Assembly (NCBI GenBank): GCA_963704725.1
Contig: OY969934.1
Span: forward strand, 1,952,001 to 2,016,000
Direction: 5' to 3'
DNA from: an uncultured Actinomycetes bacterium
GTDB taxonomy: Bacteria; Actinomycetota; UBA4738; HRBIN12
Length of the DNA: 64,000 bases
The notes below the pieces were generated by a model. It was not told the DNA's origin. It did no database searches and saw only the letters and a list, made by a program, of their open reading frames with translations. Positions 46,623 to 56,681 of the stretch are shown one piece after another. The stretch's first letter is position 1; every line of letters begins with the position of its first letter. The translations under genes were made by a program, and so were the position numbers.

Positions 46623-47330
46623 TCAGCCGGCGAGGTACTGGCGGAGGTTCGTCCGCAGCAGCGCCTGCTTCAGCTTGCGCGACGCCTTCGCCAGCTCGGT
46701 GAGCGAGGTCACCGCCGCCTTGCGCGCCTCGGGGTTCCGCTGGCGGAGCTGCGGCATCACGATCGACTCGAAGAAGTCGGACTCGCGCTTGGCGAAGTGC
46801 TTGTACATCGTGAGGTGACGCGCCTCGACGCCGTATCGGAAGAGATCCTTCACGATCGACAACACGATGTAGTCGTCGCCGTCGTAGTAGCGCGCCGCCT
46901 CCGGGCCGTGCGACATCACCAGACCGAACGACTCGAGCTCCCTGATCCGTTCGCGGTCGATGCCGGTGGCGGCGGACATCTCCTCGATCGACATCTGCAG
47001 CCCCGTGGGGGGCTCGGCCAGCTCCTCCCCCGGCTCCACACCCGTGGCGGGAGCCGCCGCTGGCTCCCCCTGGCCGTCCAGGTCCGCCTGTTGCAGGAGC
47101 CGCTCCTTGATCACCTTGAGCGGGAGGTACTCGTCACGCTGCATCCGCAGGATCGACTTCAGTCGCTCGACGTCCTTCTCGTAGAACTTGCGATAGCCCG
47201 AGGGGGTCCGTTCGGGATCGATGAGCCCCTCGGACTCGAGGAAGCGGATCTTGCTGATCGTGATGTCGGGGAACTCGGTCTTGACCGACACGAGCACCTC
47301 GCCGATCGACTGGTAGTTGCGCGTCGCCAT
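46623..47330 (-). CDS. MerR family regulator (Rv1828/FtsR-like)
   Basis: SIGEVL..EFPDITISKIRFLESEGL..RTPSGYRKF, YLPLKVIKE; follows garA. Confidence 0.92.
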   Translation of the reverse strand: MATRNYQSIGEVLVSVKTEFPDITISKIRFLESEGLIDPERTPSGYRKFYEKDVERLKSILRMQRDEYLPLKVIKERLLQQADLDGQGEPAAAPATGVEPGEELAEPPTGLQMSIEEMSAATGIDRERIRELESFGLVMSHGPEAARYYDGDDYIVLSIVKDLFRYGVEARHLTMYKHFAKRESDFFESIVMPQLRQRNPEARKAAVTSLTELAKASRKLKQALLRTNLRQYLAG

Positions 47331-47334
47331 CGCC

Positions 47335-47790
47335 TCACTCTCCCGAGAAGAAGACGAGCTTGAACTTCCCGATCTGGACCTCGTCGTGAGGCGCGAGCTT
47401 CGTCACGTCGACGCGTTCGCGGTTCACGTAGGTGCCGTTCAGCGAGCCGAGGTCGTGCAGGTACCAGCCGTCGCTGTGGCGGCGGAACTCGGCGTGCTTT
47501 CGGCTGACCGTGACGTCGTCCAGGAAGACGTCGCTGTCGGGGTTGCGTCCGGTGGTCGTCACCGCCTCTTGAAGGAGGAAGGTGGATCCTGCGTTGGGGC
47601 CATGCTTCACGAGAAGGAGAGCCTGGCCGGCCTCGAGCTCGTCTTCCGGGAACGGGAAGTCCTCGGAACCTTCACCATCGATCTCCACGGGGGTGATGCC
47701 GATGGTGGTCTCGTCCTGCAGGGCAGCACCACAGTTCGCGCAGTATCTCGCCTCGTCCTTGTTTGGATGTCCACAACGGGTGCAGTACAC
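47335..47790 (-). CDS. garA: FHA-domain protein GarA/OdhI-like with N-terminal Zn ribbon
   Basis: CTRC/CANC, ETT motif, GRNPDSDVFLDDVTVSRKHA, GSLNGTYVN. Confidence 0.88.
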   Translation of the reverse strand: MYCTRCGHPNKDEARYCANCGAALQDETTIGITPVEIDGEGSEDFPFPEDELEAGQALLLVKHGPNAGSTFLLQEAVTTTGRNPDSDVFLDDVTVSRKHAEFRRHSDGWYLHDLGSLNGTYVNRERVDVTKLAPHDEVQIGKFKLVFFSGE

Positions 47791-47867
47791 GCTTCAGCGC
47801 TCCCCATCCCGGCCCTCGGCCTCAGCCTGCGGGTCGAAGCCTCAACCTCGACCTCGATGGCAACGAG

Positions 47868-47896
47868 ACGCTACAAGGCTGCGATGAGAGGGTCAA
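47868..47896 (-). promoter_or_regulatory. Promoter TTGACC-N17-TAGCGT for garA operon
   Basis: Minus-strand hexamers at 47891-47896 and 47868-47873. Confidence 0.65.
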
Positions 47897-47971
47897 CCAC
47901 AGTGAACCCTCGCGTTCGAGGGGTCGTTGGGCCGGAGCTGGAGGGCAGGAGCAGGGTCGAGGGTCGGCGGT

Positions 47972-48364
47972 TCAGCTCTCCTGCTGGCGAACGAACTCAC
48001 GGTACGCTGCAGCGTCCATGAGCTGGTCCAGCTCGGACCGGTCGCCGGTCTCGAGCACCACGATCCACCCGTCACCGTAGGGTTGCTCGTTGACGAGCTC
48101 GGGGCGCTCCTCGAGGAGGGCGTTGCTCTCGGTCACCGTCCCCGAAACGGGCGCGTAGACGTCGGAGACCGACTTCGTCGACTCCACCTCGCCGAGCGGC
48201 TGCGCCGAGGCCACGGAGGTGCCGACCTGCGGGACATCGACATACACGACATCGCCCAGGGCGTCCTGGGCGTAGTCGGTGATCCCGATGCGCATGCGCC
48301 CGTCACCTTCGTCGCGGACCCATTCGTGCTCTTTCGTGTATCGCAGGTCTTCGGGGAACTCCAT
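47972..48364 (-). CDS. gcvH: Glycine cleavage system H protein
   Basis: YTKEHEWV, GITDYAQDALGD, ESTKSVSD lipoyl lysine. Confidence 0.96.
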   Translation of the reverse strand: MEFPEDLRYTKEHEWVRDEGDGRMRIGITDYAQDALGDVVYVDVPQVGTSVASAQPLGEVESTKSVSDVYAPVSGTVTESNALLEERPELVNEQPYGDGWIVVLETGDRSELDQLMDAAAYREFVRQQES

Positions 48365-48411
48365 CCACCCTCTCCCTCGGTGTGTGGCAGCGGGACGGTA
48401 GCACGAACCGA

Positions 48412-48993
48412 TCAGGTCTTCGCCGCCAGGGCCTGCCGGAGATCCCCCACGTAGAGCGCCGTCGCCACGTAGTACTCGACGATGGCGACGCCGAAGAACG
48501 TCCAGCCGCACGCGAGGAAGGCCGGTGCGAACGCGTGCCCGAGGTTCCCCCACGCGATGCATCCGATCGCCGTCATCAGGCCGAAGGTCCCGAGCTTGCC
48601 GACGTATCGCACCTCGATCCGGGCCCGTCTGGAGGCCAGCAGCGCAACGCCGGCGAACAGGACGGCCGCGTCCCGAACCAGGATCAGGAGCGCCGCCCAC
48701 AGGGGGAACGCGCCCCGCACGACGAGCGCGATCAACCCCGCGGCGATGGCCAGGCGATCCGAGACCGGGTCCAGGACCTTGCCGAGCTCGGACACCTGCC
48801 CGGTGGCCCGGGCGATGGCCCCGTCCACCCAGTCCGTGGAAAGCACGACCCCGAACACGATCAGCCCGAGGAACGAGGTGTCCCGGTCGACGATGAGCGC
48901 CACGAAGACCGGGATCGCCGCGATCCGGAGCATCGACAGCCCATTCGGGACGGTGAGGACGCGGTCGGTGCCGCCCCGCGAGGACGGCGTCAT
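48412..48993 (-). CDS. CDP-alcohol phosphatidyltransferase
   Basis: TVPNGLS, DWVDGAIAR...GKVLDPVSD. Confidence 0.92.
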   Translation of the reverse strand: MTPSSRGGTDRVLTVPNGLSMLRIAAIPVFVALIVDRDTSFLGLIVFGVVLSTDWVDGAIARATGQVSELGKVLDPVSDRLAIAAGLIALVVRGAFPLWAALLILVRDAAVLFAGVALLASRRARIEVRYVGKLGTFGLMTAIGCIAWGNLGHAFAPAFLACGWTFFGVAIVEYYVATALYVGDLRQALAAKT

Positions 48994-49014
48994 CGCCGGG
49001 GCTCTCCCATCGCG

Positions 49015-49089
49015 TCGGGCCGGCCGGATTCGAACCGGCGACCTTCTGACCCCCAGTCAGACGCGCTAACCATGCTGCGCCACGGCCCG
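49015..49089 (-). tRNA. tRNA-Pro(GGG)
   Basis: Cloverleaf CGGGCCG..GTTCGAATC..CGGCCCGA, anticodon loop CT-GGG-GG; CCA not encoded; TAGACT -10 at 49098-49103. Confidence 0.95.
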
Positions 49090-49100
49090 ATGGGTGGAGT

Positions 49101-50396
49101 CTACCGGCCGCGGCGCTCGCCGGGCCGGAACCGCAGGCGGACGGGGACGCCGTCGAGCTCGAACGCCCGGCGAAGGCGGTTCTCCAGGAACCGCTCGTAG
49201 TTGGTCCCGGGAGGCCGGCCGCCGAACAGGACGAACGTCGGCGGGGCGGTGCCGGCCTGGGTCCCGTAGCGATAGCGCACGCCGCCCGGCGCGGGGCGCT
49301 CTCGCTGCAGCTCCCCGATGACCTCGTTGACGGTCGCGGTCCCGGCCCGTCGCGTCCATCGCTCGTGGACCTCCAGCAGGACCGGAGGGAGCCCGCGGAC
49401 GCCGGTTCCGGTCTTGGCCGAGGTCCGCAGCACCGGCGCTCGGGCGAAGGGAGCGAGCGCGGCGTCCAGCCCCCGGAACCGGGGGTCCCGGTCCTCGCTC
49501 TGCAGCAGATCCCACTTGTTGGCGACGACCACCAGACCGCGTCCCACCTCCATCACCCGTGCCGCGATCCGCTTGTCCTCACCCGAGAAGCCTTGCACCG
49601 CATCCAGGATCAGCACGGCGACGTGCGCACGCTCGATGGCGCGTTCGGCGCGCAGGAAGCTGTAGTACTCGACGCCGTGGACCTTGGCCGGCCTGCGCAG
49701 CCCCGCCGTGTCGACGAACCGGACTGGCCCCTGGGGCCACTCGACCACGGCGTCGACGGCGTCGCGCGTCGTCCCCGCCTCCTCGTAGACCACGGAGCGC
49801 TCCTGCCCCACCAGGCGGTTGAACAGGCTCGACTTCCCCACGTTGGGCCGTCCCACGAGCGCGAACCGAGGTCGATCCCCGGCCGCAGCCTCCCCGGCCT
49901 CCTCCGGCAGCAGCTCGACCACCCGGTCCAGGAGGTCCCCCGAGTTTCGGCCGTGCATGGCCGAGACGGCGATGGGGTCGCCCAGGCCCAGGGCGTGGAA
50001 GGCGAGCGCGTCGGTCTCCTCCCGCTCGGTGTCGACCTTGTTCACGACCAGGACCACCGGAGCCCGAGCGCGGCGAAGGGTCCGGGCCAGCATGGCGTCC
50101 TCCTCCACCGGCCCGGTCCGGGCGTCCACGACGACGAGGATGACGTCGGCCTCCGCCGCCGCTCGCTCCGCCTGGCGCGTGACCTCGGCCTCGATCCCGT
50201 GGGCGTCGTGGACGAAGCCGCCGGTGTCGACGAGGCGGAACGTCCGACCGCGCCACGACGTCTCCAGCTCCACGCGATCCCGGGTCACCCCGGGCGTCTC
50301 GTCCGCGATGGCCTCCCGCGCGCCGAACAGCCGATTCACGAGGGTCGACTTGCCGACGTTCTGACGGCCCACGACCGCGACCGCCGGGACGCTCAC
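49101..50396 (-). CDS. der: Ribosome biogenesis GTPase Der
   Basis: Two G domains ([16 protein letters not shown]), DTGG/DTAG, NKVD/NKWD. Confidence 0.96.
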   Translation of the reverse strand: MSVPAVAVVGRQNVGKSTLVNRLFGAREAIADETPGVTRDRVELETSWRGRTFRLVDTGGFVHDAHGIEAEVTRQAERAAAEADVILVVVDARTGPVEEDAMLARTLRRARAPVVLVVNKVDTEREETDALAFHALGLGDPIAVSAMHGRNSGDLLDRVVELLPEEAGEAAAGDRPRFALVGRPNVGKSSLFNRLVGQERSVVYEEAGTTRDAVDAVVEWPQGPVRFVDTAGLRRPAKVHGVEYYSFLRAERAIERAHVAVLILDAVQGFSGEDKRIAARVMEVGRGLVVVANKWDLLQSEDRDPRFRGLDAALAPFARAPVLRTSAKTGTGVRGLPPVLLEVHERWTRRAGTATVNEVIGELQRERPAPGGVRYRYGTQAGTAPPTFVLFGGRPPGTNYERFLENRLRRAFELDGVPVRLRFRPGERRGR

Positions 50397-51058
50397 CGGC
50401 CCCGCTCCCCCAGCCGGGCTCGCACGGCGGCCAGGGCGGTGCGGAACACCGTCTCCCGGTCCATGCCCGTCGTGTCGATCGCCACCGCGTCCGCCGCCGG
50501 CTCGGGCCGGTTGGTGCGCGCGTCGAGGGCGTCGCGAGCCGACAGCGCCCGCCCGGTCTCGTCGCGGGGCGTGGGACGCTCGTCGATCCGGCGCGCGATC
50601 CGTTCGGACTCCTCGGCCTGGAGGTAGATCTTCGCGTCGGCTCCGGGGGCGACGACCGTGCCGATGTCTCGACCCTCGACCACGCCTCCGCCCTGGCTCA
50701 TCCGGCGCTGCTCACGACAGAGCGCAGCTCGGACCTCCGGGTGACGTGCCACGCGGGACACCCGGGACTCGACCTCTGCAGAGGAGAGCTCCGCCGCAGG
50801 GGGGCGACCGTCCACCGAGAGCTCGGCGGGACGTAGGCTCGCGTCGAGGTCGAAGGTCATCTCCGCCGCGAGCCTCGCCAGCTCCGGGCCGTCCTCGGGA
50901 TCGACCCCCCTGCGGACCGCCTCCAGCGTGAGGGCCCGGTACATCAGCCCGGTGTTCAGGTACGGGAGGTCGAGGGTCTCGGCGAGCCGCCGGGCGAGCG
51001 TGCTCTTGCCCGACCCGGCGGGCCCGTCGATCGCGATCACGGGCCGGCGCCGGGTCAC
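50393..51058 (-). CDS. cmk: Cytidylate kinase
   Basis: [29 protein letters not shown]. Confidence 0.95.
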   Translation of the reverse strand: MTRRRPVIAIDGPAGSGKSTLARRLAETLDLPYLNTGLMYRALTLEAVRRGVDPEDGPELARLAAEMTFDLDASLRPAELSVDGRPPAAELSSAEVESRVSRVARHPEVRAALCREQRRMSQGGGVVEGRDIGTVVAPGADAKIYLQAEESERIARRIDERPTPRDETGRALSARDALDARTNRPEPAADAVAIDTTGMDRETVFRTALAAVRARLGERGR

Positions 51059-52416
51059 GGTTCGATCCCCGCACCGAGGGCGCGCAGGGCGTGAACGAAC
51101 CCGGGGAAGGAGACGTCGGCCGCCTCCATCCCCTCCACCGTCACGGGCTCGCGGGCGCCGAGGCTGGCCACGGCGAGCGCCATCGCCATGCGGTGGTCCC
51201 CGCCCGAGTCCGCCCGCCCTCCGAGGAGGCCGCCCCCGGCCACCACGAGATCGTCCCCCTCCACGCCGGCGCCGCCGCCGAGGTCGCGGATGGCCTCGAC
51301 CACGCCGCGCAGCCGGTCGACCTCCTTCACGCGGAGCTCGCCCGCCCCCAAGAACCAGGAGTCGCCACGGGCGTGGGCGGCCAGCATGGCCAGGACGGGG
51401 ACCTCGTCGATCAGCATCGGCAGCTCCTGCTCGGTCACGGTCGCCCCGGAGAGCCCGGCACAGGGCTCGACCTCGAGCACCCCGACGGGCTCACCGAGCT
51501 CCGACCGCTCCACCTCGACCCGCGTGCGCACGCCCATGCGCGCCAGCACCTCGAGCAGGAAGGTGCGACTGGGGTTGAGGCCGACGTCCCGGATCACGAG
51601 GGCTCGACCCGTGACCGCAGCCGCGGCGACCAGGAACGCCGCCGAGGAGACGTCACCCGGCACCGATGCCGAGAAGCCCTCGTGCTGGAACGCCCGAACC
51701 GAGACGCGGCCGCCCTGCACCGCCACCGGCGCCCCGAGGTGACCGAGGGCCCGTTCCGTATGGTCGCGGGTGGGCGCGGGCTCCTGCACCGAGGTCTCCC
51801 CCGCCGCCGCCAGTCCCGCCAGAAGGACGGCGCTCTTCACCTGGGCGCTGGGGACGGAGGGGACGTGTGCGATCCCGGTGAGCGGCCCGCCCCGGACGAC
51901 GACGGGCGGACGGCCGTCCGACGTCCTCACGTCGGCGCCCATCGCCCGCAGGGGCTCCGCCACCCGGTCCATGGGACGGGCGGAGAGGCTCTCGTCCCCC
52001 ACCAGGCGCGTCTCGAACGGGCAGGAGGCAAGGACCCCGCAGATCAGGCGCATGGTCGTGCCCGAGTTGCCGCAGTCGAGGGGGTGCTCGGGCGGTCGAA
52101 GCCACGCTCGACCTTGAGACTCGACCTCGACCGGAAGGCCTCGAGGTTGACCCATGTTCGACGTGGAACCGTCGCCCTCAGGCACGGCCGAGGGCTGGTC
52201 GGCCCAAGCCTCGAGTGAACCTCGAGTCCCCTCGCCGGCGATCTCCGCCAGGGCCCTCGCCGTCGACCGCACGTCGAGCGCCTCCGGCAGGTCCCGGAGC
52301 TCGCTCCGCCCTCGGGCCGTGGCCGACAGGATGAGCCAGCGGTGGGCGATCGACTTGTCGCCGGGCACGCGGGCCTCGCCGCCGACGGAGCTGCCGGGCC
52401 GGACCGTGACGCGCAT
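51055..52416 (-). CDS. aroA: EPSP synthase
   Basis: PGDKSIAHR, DCGNSGTTMRL, SAQVKSA, RDHTE, ELRVKEVDR, DHRMAM. Confidence 0.95.
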   Translation of the reverse strand: MRVTVRPGSSVGGEARVPGDKSIAHRWLILSATARGRSELRDLPEALDVRSTARALAEIAGEGTRGSLEAWADQPSAVPEGDGSTSNMGQPRGLPVEVESQGRAWLRPPEHPLDCGNSGTTMRLICGVLASCPFETRLVGDESLSARPMDRVAEPLRAMGADVRTSDGRPPVVVRGGPLTGIAHVPSVPSAQVKSAVLLAGLAAAGETSVQEPAPTRDHTERALGHLGAPVAVQGGRVSVRAFQHEGFSASVPGDVSSAAFLVAAAAVTGRALVIRDVGLNPSRTFLLEVLARMGVRTRVEVERSELGEPVGVLEVEPCAGLSGATVTEQELPMLIDEVPVLAMLAAHARGDSWFLGAGELRVKEVDRLRGVVEAIRDLGGGAGVEGDDLVVAGGGLLGGRADSGGDHRMAMALAVASLGAREPVTVEGMEAADVSFPGFVHALRALGAGIEP

Positions 52417-52419
52417 CGC

Positions 52420-53514
52420 TCAGGCCAGCCGATGTGGCTCGAACCACCGCTCGCGCAGTGCCCGCTCCGCGTGCTCGGCGCGGTCGGACGCCACGGTGAG
52501 GTGCACCAGTCCGCGACCCCCCTCCGGCGAGTGCACGATCTGGAGGTCCTCGATGTTCACCTTCGCCTCGCCCATCGCCGCGGTCAGCTCGGCGAGGACG
52601 CCCGGCCGATCCGGGACCGGGATCTGCAGGACGTGCACGCCCGACCGGACCTGGGGCTTGGCGGCGAGCGTGAGCCGCGCCGCCTTCGCCTCGGCGAACA
52701 TCGTCTCGACCGCGGCGGCGTCTCCCGCCGCCACCAGGTCCCGGAGCACCGCGAGCCGCTCCCGGTACAGGTCGATGGAGCGGGCGATGGCCTCCCGGTT
52801 GGCCAGGAGGATGTCGCTCCACAGTCGGGGGTTGGAGGCGGCCAGGCGCGTGAGGTCCCGGAACCCTCCCGCCGCGAGCAGGAGGATCTCGGGCTCGCCC
52901 GCCTCCTCGGTGGCCGCGAGCCCCATGAGCGCGGTGGACGCAACCTGCGGCAGGTGGCTCACGATGGCCACGAGCCGGTCGTGGCGCTCGGGATCCAGGC
53001 GCACGGGACGCGCCCCCACCCGTTCCACCCACGCCTCCAGGCGCCGGGTCGCGGGCTCCTCGGTCTCGCCGGTCGGGCACAGCGCCCACACGATGCCGTC
53101 GAGGACCGACGGCGACGCGTGCTCGGGGCCCGACCGCTCCGAGCCGCCCATCGGATGGCCCCCGACGTAGCGCCGCAGGTCGCCGGTCTCGGCGAGCCCT
53201 TCGACCTCGAGCATCAGGTGAGACTTCACGCTCCCCACGTCGGTGACCACGGCGTCGGGGGCCGCCCGCAGGGCCTCGACCACCAGCTTGGGCAGAGCAG
53301 GGACCGGGGCGCACACGAAGACGAGGGTCGCCCCCGCCACGCAGCGCTCCACGTCGGGGGCCGGGGAGAGCCCCGAGCGCTCCGCGGCCGCGGCCAGGAC
53401 CGCTGGATCGGCGTCGAATCCGCGCACCTGGTCGCCGGAGCGCCCGGCGGCCATGGCGATGGAGGTGCCGATCAGGCCCGTTCCCACCACCGCGACGCGA
53501 TCAGCCGAGGTCAT
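52420..53514 (-). CDS. tyrA: Prephenate/arogenate dehydrogenase with ACT domain
   Basis: GTGLIG, TDVGSVK, GGHPM, HD..SHLP, PDRPG ACT. Confidence 0.92.
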   Translation of the reverse strand: MTSADRVAVVGTGLIGTSIAMAAGRSGDQVRGFDADPAVLAAAAERSGLSPAPDVERCVAGATLVFVCAPVPALPKLVVEALRAAPDAVVTDVGSVKSHLMLEVEGLAETGDLRRYVGGHPMGGSERSGPEHASPSVLDGIVWALCPTGETEEPATRRLEAWVERVGARPVRLDPERHDRLVAIVSHLPQVASTALMGLAATEEAGEPEILLLAAGGFRDLTRLAASNPRLWSDILLANREAIARSIDLYRERLAVLRDLVAAGDAAAVETMFAEAKAARLTLAAKPQVRSGVHVLQIPVPDRPGVLAELTAAMGEAKVNIEDLQIVHSPEGGRGLVHLTVASDRAEHAERALRERWFEPHRLA

Positions 53515-53869
53515 CGCGCAGCGACTCCGCGCCGTCCAGGTAGGTCGGCAGGACCTCGCCCGGGGACCGCAGCGTGTGGAAGTGGATCAGGATGCGAACG
53601 ACCCGGGGCATCGAGCCCCGCACCGGGATCTCCTGGGCGCACAGCAGCGGGACGCCCCCGAGGCCCATCCGCCTGGCCGCCTCCGCCGGGAAGACGGAGC
53701 GCAGATCCTCAGTCGCCGTGAAGAAGATGCTCACGAGATCGTCCGCCTCCACGCCGTTGCGTTCGAGCATGGCATCGAGGAGCCGTTCGGTCGCGGCCAG
53801 GACGATCTCGGCCGTGTCGTCGGCCACGCGGATCGCCCCCCGGACCGCACGAACCCGCTGCTCCCCCAC
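53501..53869 (-). CDS. aroH: AroH-type chorismate mutase
   Basis: VRAVRGAI, FTATEDL..FPAEAAR, PLLCAQEI, YLDGAESLR. Confidence 0.92.
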   Translation of the reverse strand: MGEQRVRAVRGAIRVADDTAEIVLAATERLLDAMLERNGVEADDLVSIFFTATEDLRSVFPAEAARRMGLGGVPLLCAQEIPVRGSMPRVVRILIHFHTLRSPGEVLPTYLDGAESLRDDLG

Positions 53870-53915
53870 CGCGCTGGTCCCTTCCTCGCCGACGGATGCC
53901 TCGCGGTGCGAAAGG

Positions 53916-54635
53916 CTACAGGCCGGCGACGCGGTACAGGGCCCGGACCTCGTCCGACGTGAGGTCGCGGAGCTCTCCGGGCCGCATCCGCCCCAGGCGG
54001 ACCGGGCCGACGCGGGTCCGGACGAGGCGGCGGACCGGCAGCCCGACCGCCTCGAGCATCCTGCGGACCTCGCGCTTGCGGCCCTCGGCCAGGACCAGCC
54101 GGACCCCCCCGCGGCCCGCGGCCGCGCCGGCGGGATGCGCGGCCAGCGCCCGCGCCCGGCCGTCGTCGAGCTCCACCCCCCGCCGGAGCCGGCCGAGCTG
54201 ACGCGACGAGGGGATGCCCTCCACCTCGGCCAGGTACTCCTTCTCCACCCCGTGCCGGGGATGGGCCAGGCGGTGGGCGAGCTCGCCGTCGTTCGTGAGC
54301 AGGAGCAGGCCCTCGGTGTCGCGATCGAGCCGCCCCACCGGGAACACCCGTGGACCCTTTGGGAGCAGCGCCCGGAGGTCGCGCTCGGCGTGGGCGTCCC
54401 GCATGGTGGTGGTGACGCCCCGGGGCTTGTGCAGGGCCAGGTAGCGCAGGCCCGGATCGACGCTGACCCGCCGGCCGTCCACCCGGAGCTCGTCGCGCTC
54501 GGGGTCGACGCGGTCGCCGAGCGTGGCAACCCGGCCGCCGACCTCCACGCGACCGGCTGCGATCAGCTCCTCGCAGGCCCGGCGCGATCCGAACCCCGCC
54601 CGGGCCAGCGCCCGCTGCACGCGCTCGACGGCCAC
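53916..54635 (-). CDS. rluB: rRNA pseudouridine synthase (RluB/RsuA family)
   Basis: S4 domain SRRACEELI, HKPRG, VGRLDRDTEGLLLLTNDG. Confidence 0.9.
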   Translation of the reverse strand: MAVERVQRALARAGFGSRRACEELIAAGRVEVGGRVATLGDRVDPERDELRVDGRRVSVDPGLRYLALHKPRGVTTTMRDAHAERDLRALLPKGPRVFPVGRLDRDTEGLLLLTNDGELAHRLAHPRHGVEKEYLAEVEGIPSSRQLGRLRRGVELDDGRARALAAHPAGAAAGRGGVRLVLAEGRKREVRRMLEAVGLPVRRLVRTRVGPVRLGRMRPGELRDLTSDEVRALYRVAGL

Positions 54636-54642
54636 CGAGGAC

Positions 54643-55215
54643 TCACTCGCCGGCGGCGGCCTGCTCGCCCTCGGCGGCCTCCGGGGCGGGCTGGCCGAGG
54701 AGGGGGGCGAGCGGCGGCAGCGCCGACAGCGAGGGCAGCCCCAGCCGCTCGAGGAACTCGGGGGTCGTCCCGTACAGGACCGGCCGCCCGGGCGTCTCCT
54801 CCCGGCCCACCTCTGCCACGAGGCCCCGGTCGACCAGCGCCCGGAGCACACCGTCGGAGTTCACGCCCCGGATCGAGGAGACCTGGTGGCGCGTGACGGG
54901 TTGCTTGTAGGCGATGATCGACAGGGTCTCGAGCGCGGCCTTCGTCAGGCGGGCGTGGCGCGAGGACAGGACGTAGGCCTCGACGACGGGTGACGCGTCC
55001 GGGTGCGTGGCCAGGCGCCACCCCCCGGCGACGTTGCGCAGGACGACCCCCGAGGCCCGCTCCTGGTAGGAGCGGGCCAGCTCCTCGCACAGGTCCTCGG
55101 CCTCGCGCCGCTCGACCCCGAGGGCCTGGGCCAGGACGACCGCGGCCACGGGTTCGTCCGAGACGAACAGGACCGCCTCCAGAGCCTGCAGCAGCGGTGC
55201 GCGCTCTCCGTCCAC
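54643..55215 (-). CDS. scpB: SMC-Scp complex subunit ScpB
   Basis: ALEAVLF, LTKAALETLSIIAYKQPVTR..IRGV, YGTT..FL. Confidence 0.95.
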   Translation of the reverse strand: MDGERAPLLQALEAVLFVSDEPVAAVVLAQALGVERREAEDLCEELARSYQERASGVVLRNVAGGWRLATHPDASPVVEAYVLSSRHARLTKAALETLSIIAYKQPVTRHQVSSIRGVNSDGVLRALVDRGLVAEVGREETPGRPVLYGTTPEFLERLGLPSLSALPPLAPLLGQPAPEAAEGEQAAAGE

Positions 55216-55216
55216 G

Positions 55217-55981
55217 TCAGCTCCCGTCCCACCGCACGTTGATCTCGCCGAACGTCTCCGCCTGCTCGAGCTCGACCTTCCCTTCACGGTACAGGTCGAG
55301 GAGGGCGAGGAACCGCACGACGATCTGGATCCGCTCGTCGCAATCGGCCACCAGCTCCCGGAACGACGCCGACCCCAGCCGGTCCAGGTGCACCCGGACG
55401 GCCTCACGCGCCTCGTCGATCGTGTACCGGATCGGGGTGACGTGCGACAGATCGAGCATCGGCGGGGGCCGTAGAAGGGCCGCGGCCAGCGCCGCGAGGT
55501 CGTCGGCCCGGACCTTCTCCATGACGTCGGGATACAGGTGGGCGAACTCCGGTGGGGGTCCGGCCTCGCGGTGGAAGTGCCGCGCCTCCTCCTCGATGCG
55601 GCGCGCGAGATCCACGGTGACCCGCCGGAACGCCGCCAGCTCGAGCGAGCGCGCGTACACGAGGTCGGGCGAGATGCCGATCAGGTCCTCCTCGTCCACC
55701 GTCTCGTGCCGCGGCATGAGCCGGCCCACCTTCAGCTCCAGCATCACGGCGCACGCGGCGAGGAACCACGTGGCCTCCTCGAGCGACCAGCGCTCGGCGT
55801 CCCGGGAGTGCTCGAGGAAGCGGTCCGTGACCGTGGCGATCGAGACGTCGCAGACGTCGATCTTCTGGTCGAGGATCAGGTCCGCGAGGAGCTTGAAGGG
55901 GCCGACGAAGACGGGCAGCTCGACCGCGAAGGTGCCGGCCGCCGGTCCGGAGGCGTCGTCGGTGCGCGCGGCGTCGGTCAC
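55217..55981 (-). CDS. scpA: Segregation/condensation protein ScpA
   Basis: FVGPFKLLADLI, VVRFLALLDL..QAETFGEI; adjacent to scpB. Confidence 0.92.
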   Translation of the reverse strand: MTDAARTDDASGPAAGTFAVELPVFVGPFKLLADLILDQKIDVCDVSIATVTDRFLEHSRDAERWSLEEATWFLAACAVMLELKVGRLMPRHETVDEEDLIGISPDLVYARSLELAAFRRVTVDLARRIEEEARHFHREAGPPPEFAHLYPDVMEKVRADDLAALAAALLRPPPMLDLSHVTPIRYTIDEAREAVRVHLDRLGSASFRELVADCDERIQIVVRFLALLDLYREGKVELEQAETFGEINVRWDGS

Positions 55982-56021
55982 GTCGCGGCCGATGATAGCG
56001 CCCGGCAAGTGGCGGCCCTCG

Positions 56022-56675
56022 TCACGGGGGACAGCCGGCGCCGGCGAAGACGTCGCAGATCGCGCGGAACAGCCCGTTCACGATACCGAGGAACGGGCCG
56101 CCCAGGAGGAAGAAGATCGCCAGCACGAACAGGACCAGGTACTCGTCGAGGTTCGCGTAGACCTCCCGCGCCCGCCCGTGCAGCACGCGCACGAGCAGCT
56201 TCGAGCCGTCGAATCCCGGCACCGGCATCAGCTGGATCAGGAACATCAGCCCGTTGACGTACAGGAACGAGTAGACGAAGACGAGCGATTCCCCGGTCAG
56301 TCCGAGCCGCAGCAGGAGCCCGGCGACCGCGGCGACCGCCAGGTTCGCCAGCAGGCCCGCCCACACGACGCGCAGCGAGTCGCGTTTGGGGTTGTGCAGG
56401 TAGTTCGGATCCAAGGGCATCGGCTTCGCGTAGGCGAACGGCGGGATGACGAACCCCGTTCCCGAGGCGACCAGGACGAGCGACAGGGCCGGCAGGATCA
56501 GGCTGCCGAACGGGTCGATCAGCGGCCGCGGGTTCAGCGTGAGGCGGCCCCACCGTCGCGGGCTGGGGTCACCGAACCGGTCCGCCGCCAGGGCGTGGGC
56601 GTACTCGTGAAGGACGAGGGCTTGCACGAGCGCGATCGCGATGTAGGCCGCGAACCGGACGTTGCCGAGGTACAC
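56022..56675 (-). CDS. Site-2 protease (M50)
   Basis: HEYAH, GRLTLNP..IDP, PVPGFDG. Confidence 0.9.
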   Translation of the reverse strand: MYLGNVRFAAYIAIALVQALVLHEYAHALAADRFGDPSPRRWGRLTLNPRPLIDPFGSLILPALSLVLVASGTGFVIPPFAYAKPMPLDPNYLHNPKRDSLRVVWAGLLANLAVAAVAGLLLRLGLTGESLVFVYSFLYVNGLMFLIQLMPVPGFDGSKLLVRVLHGRAREVYANLDEYLVLFVLAIFFLLGGPFLGIVNGLFRAICDVFAGAGCPP

Positions 56676-56681
56676 GCGCCT

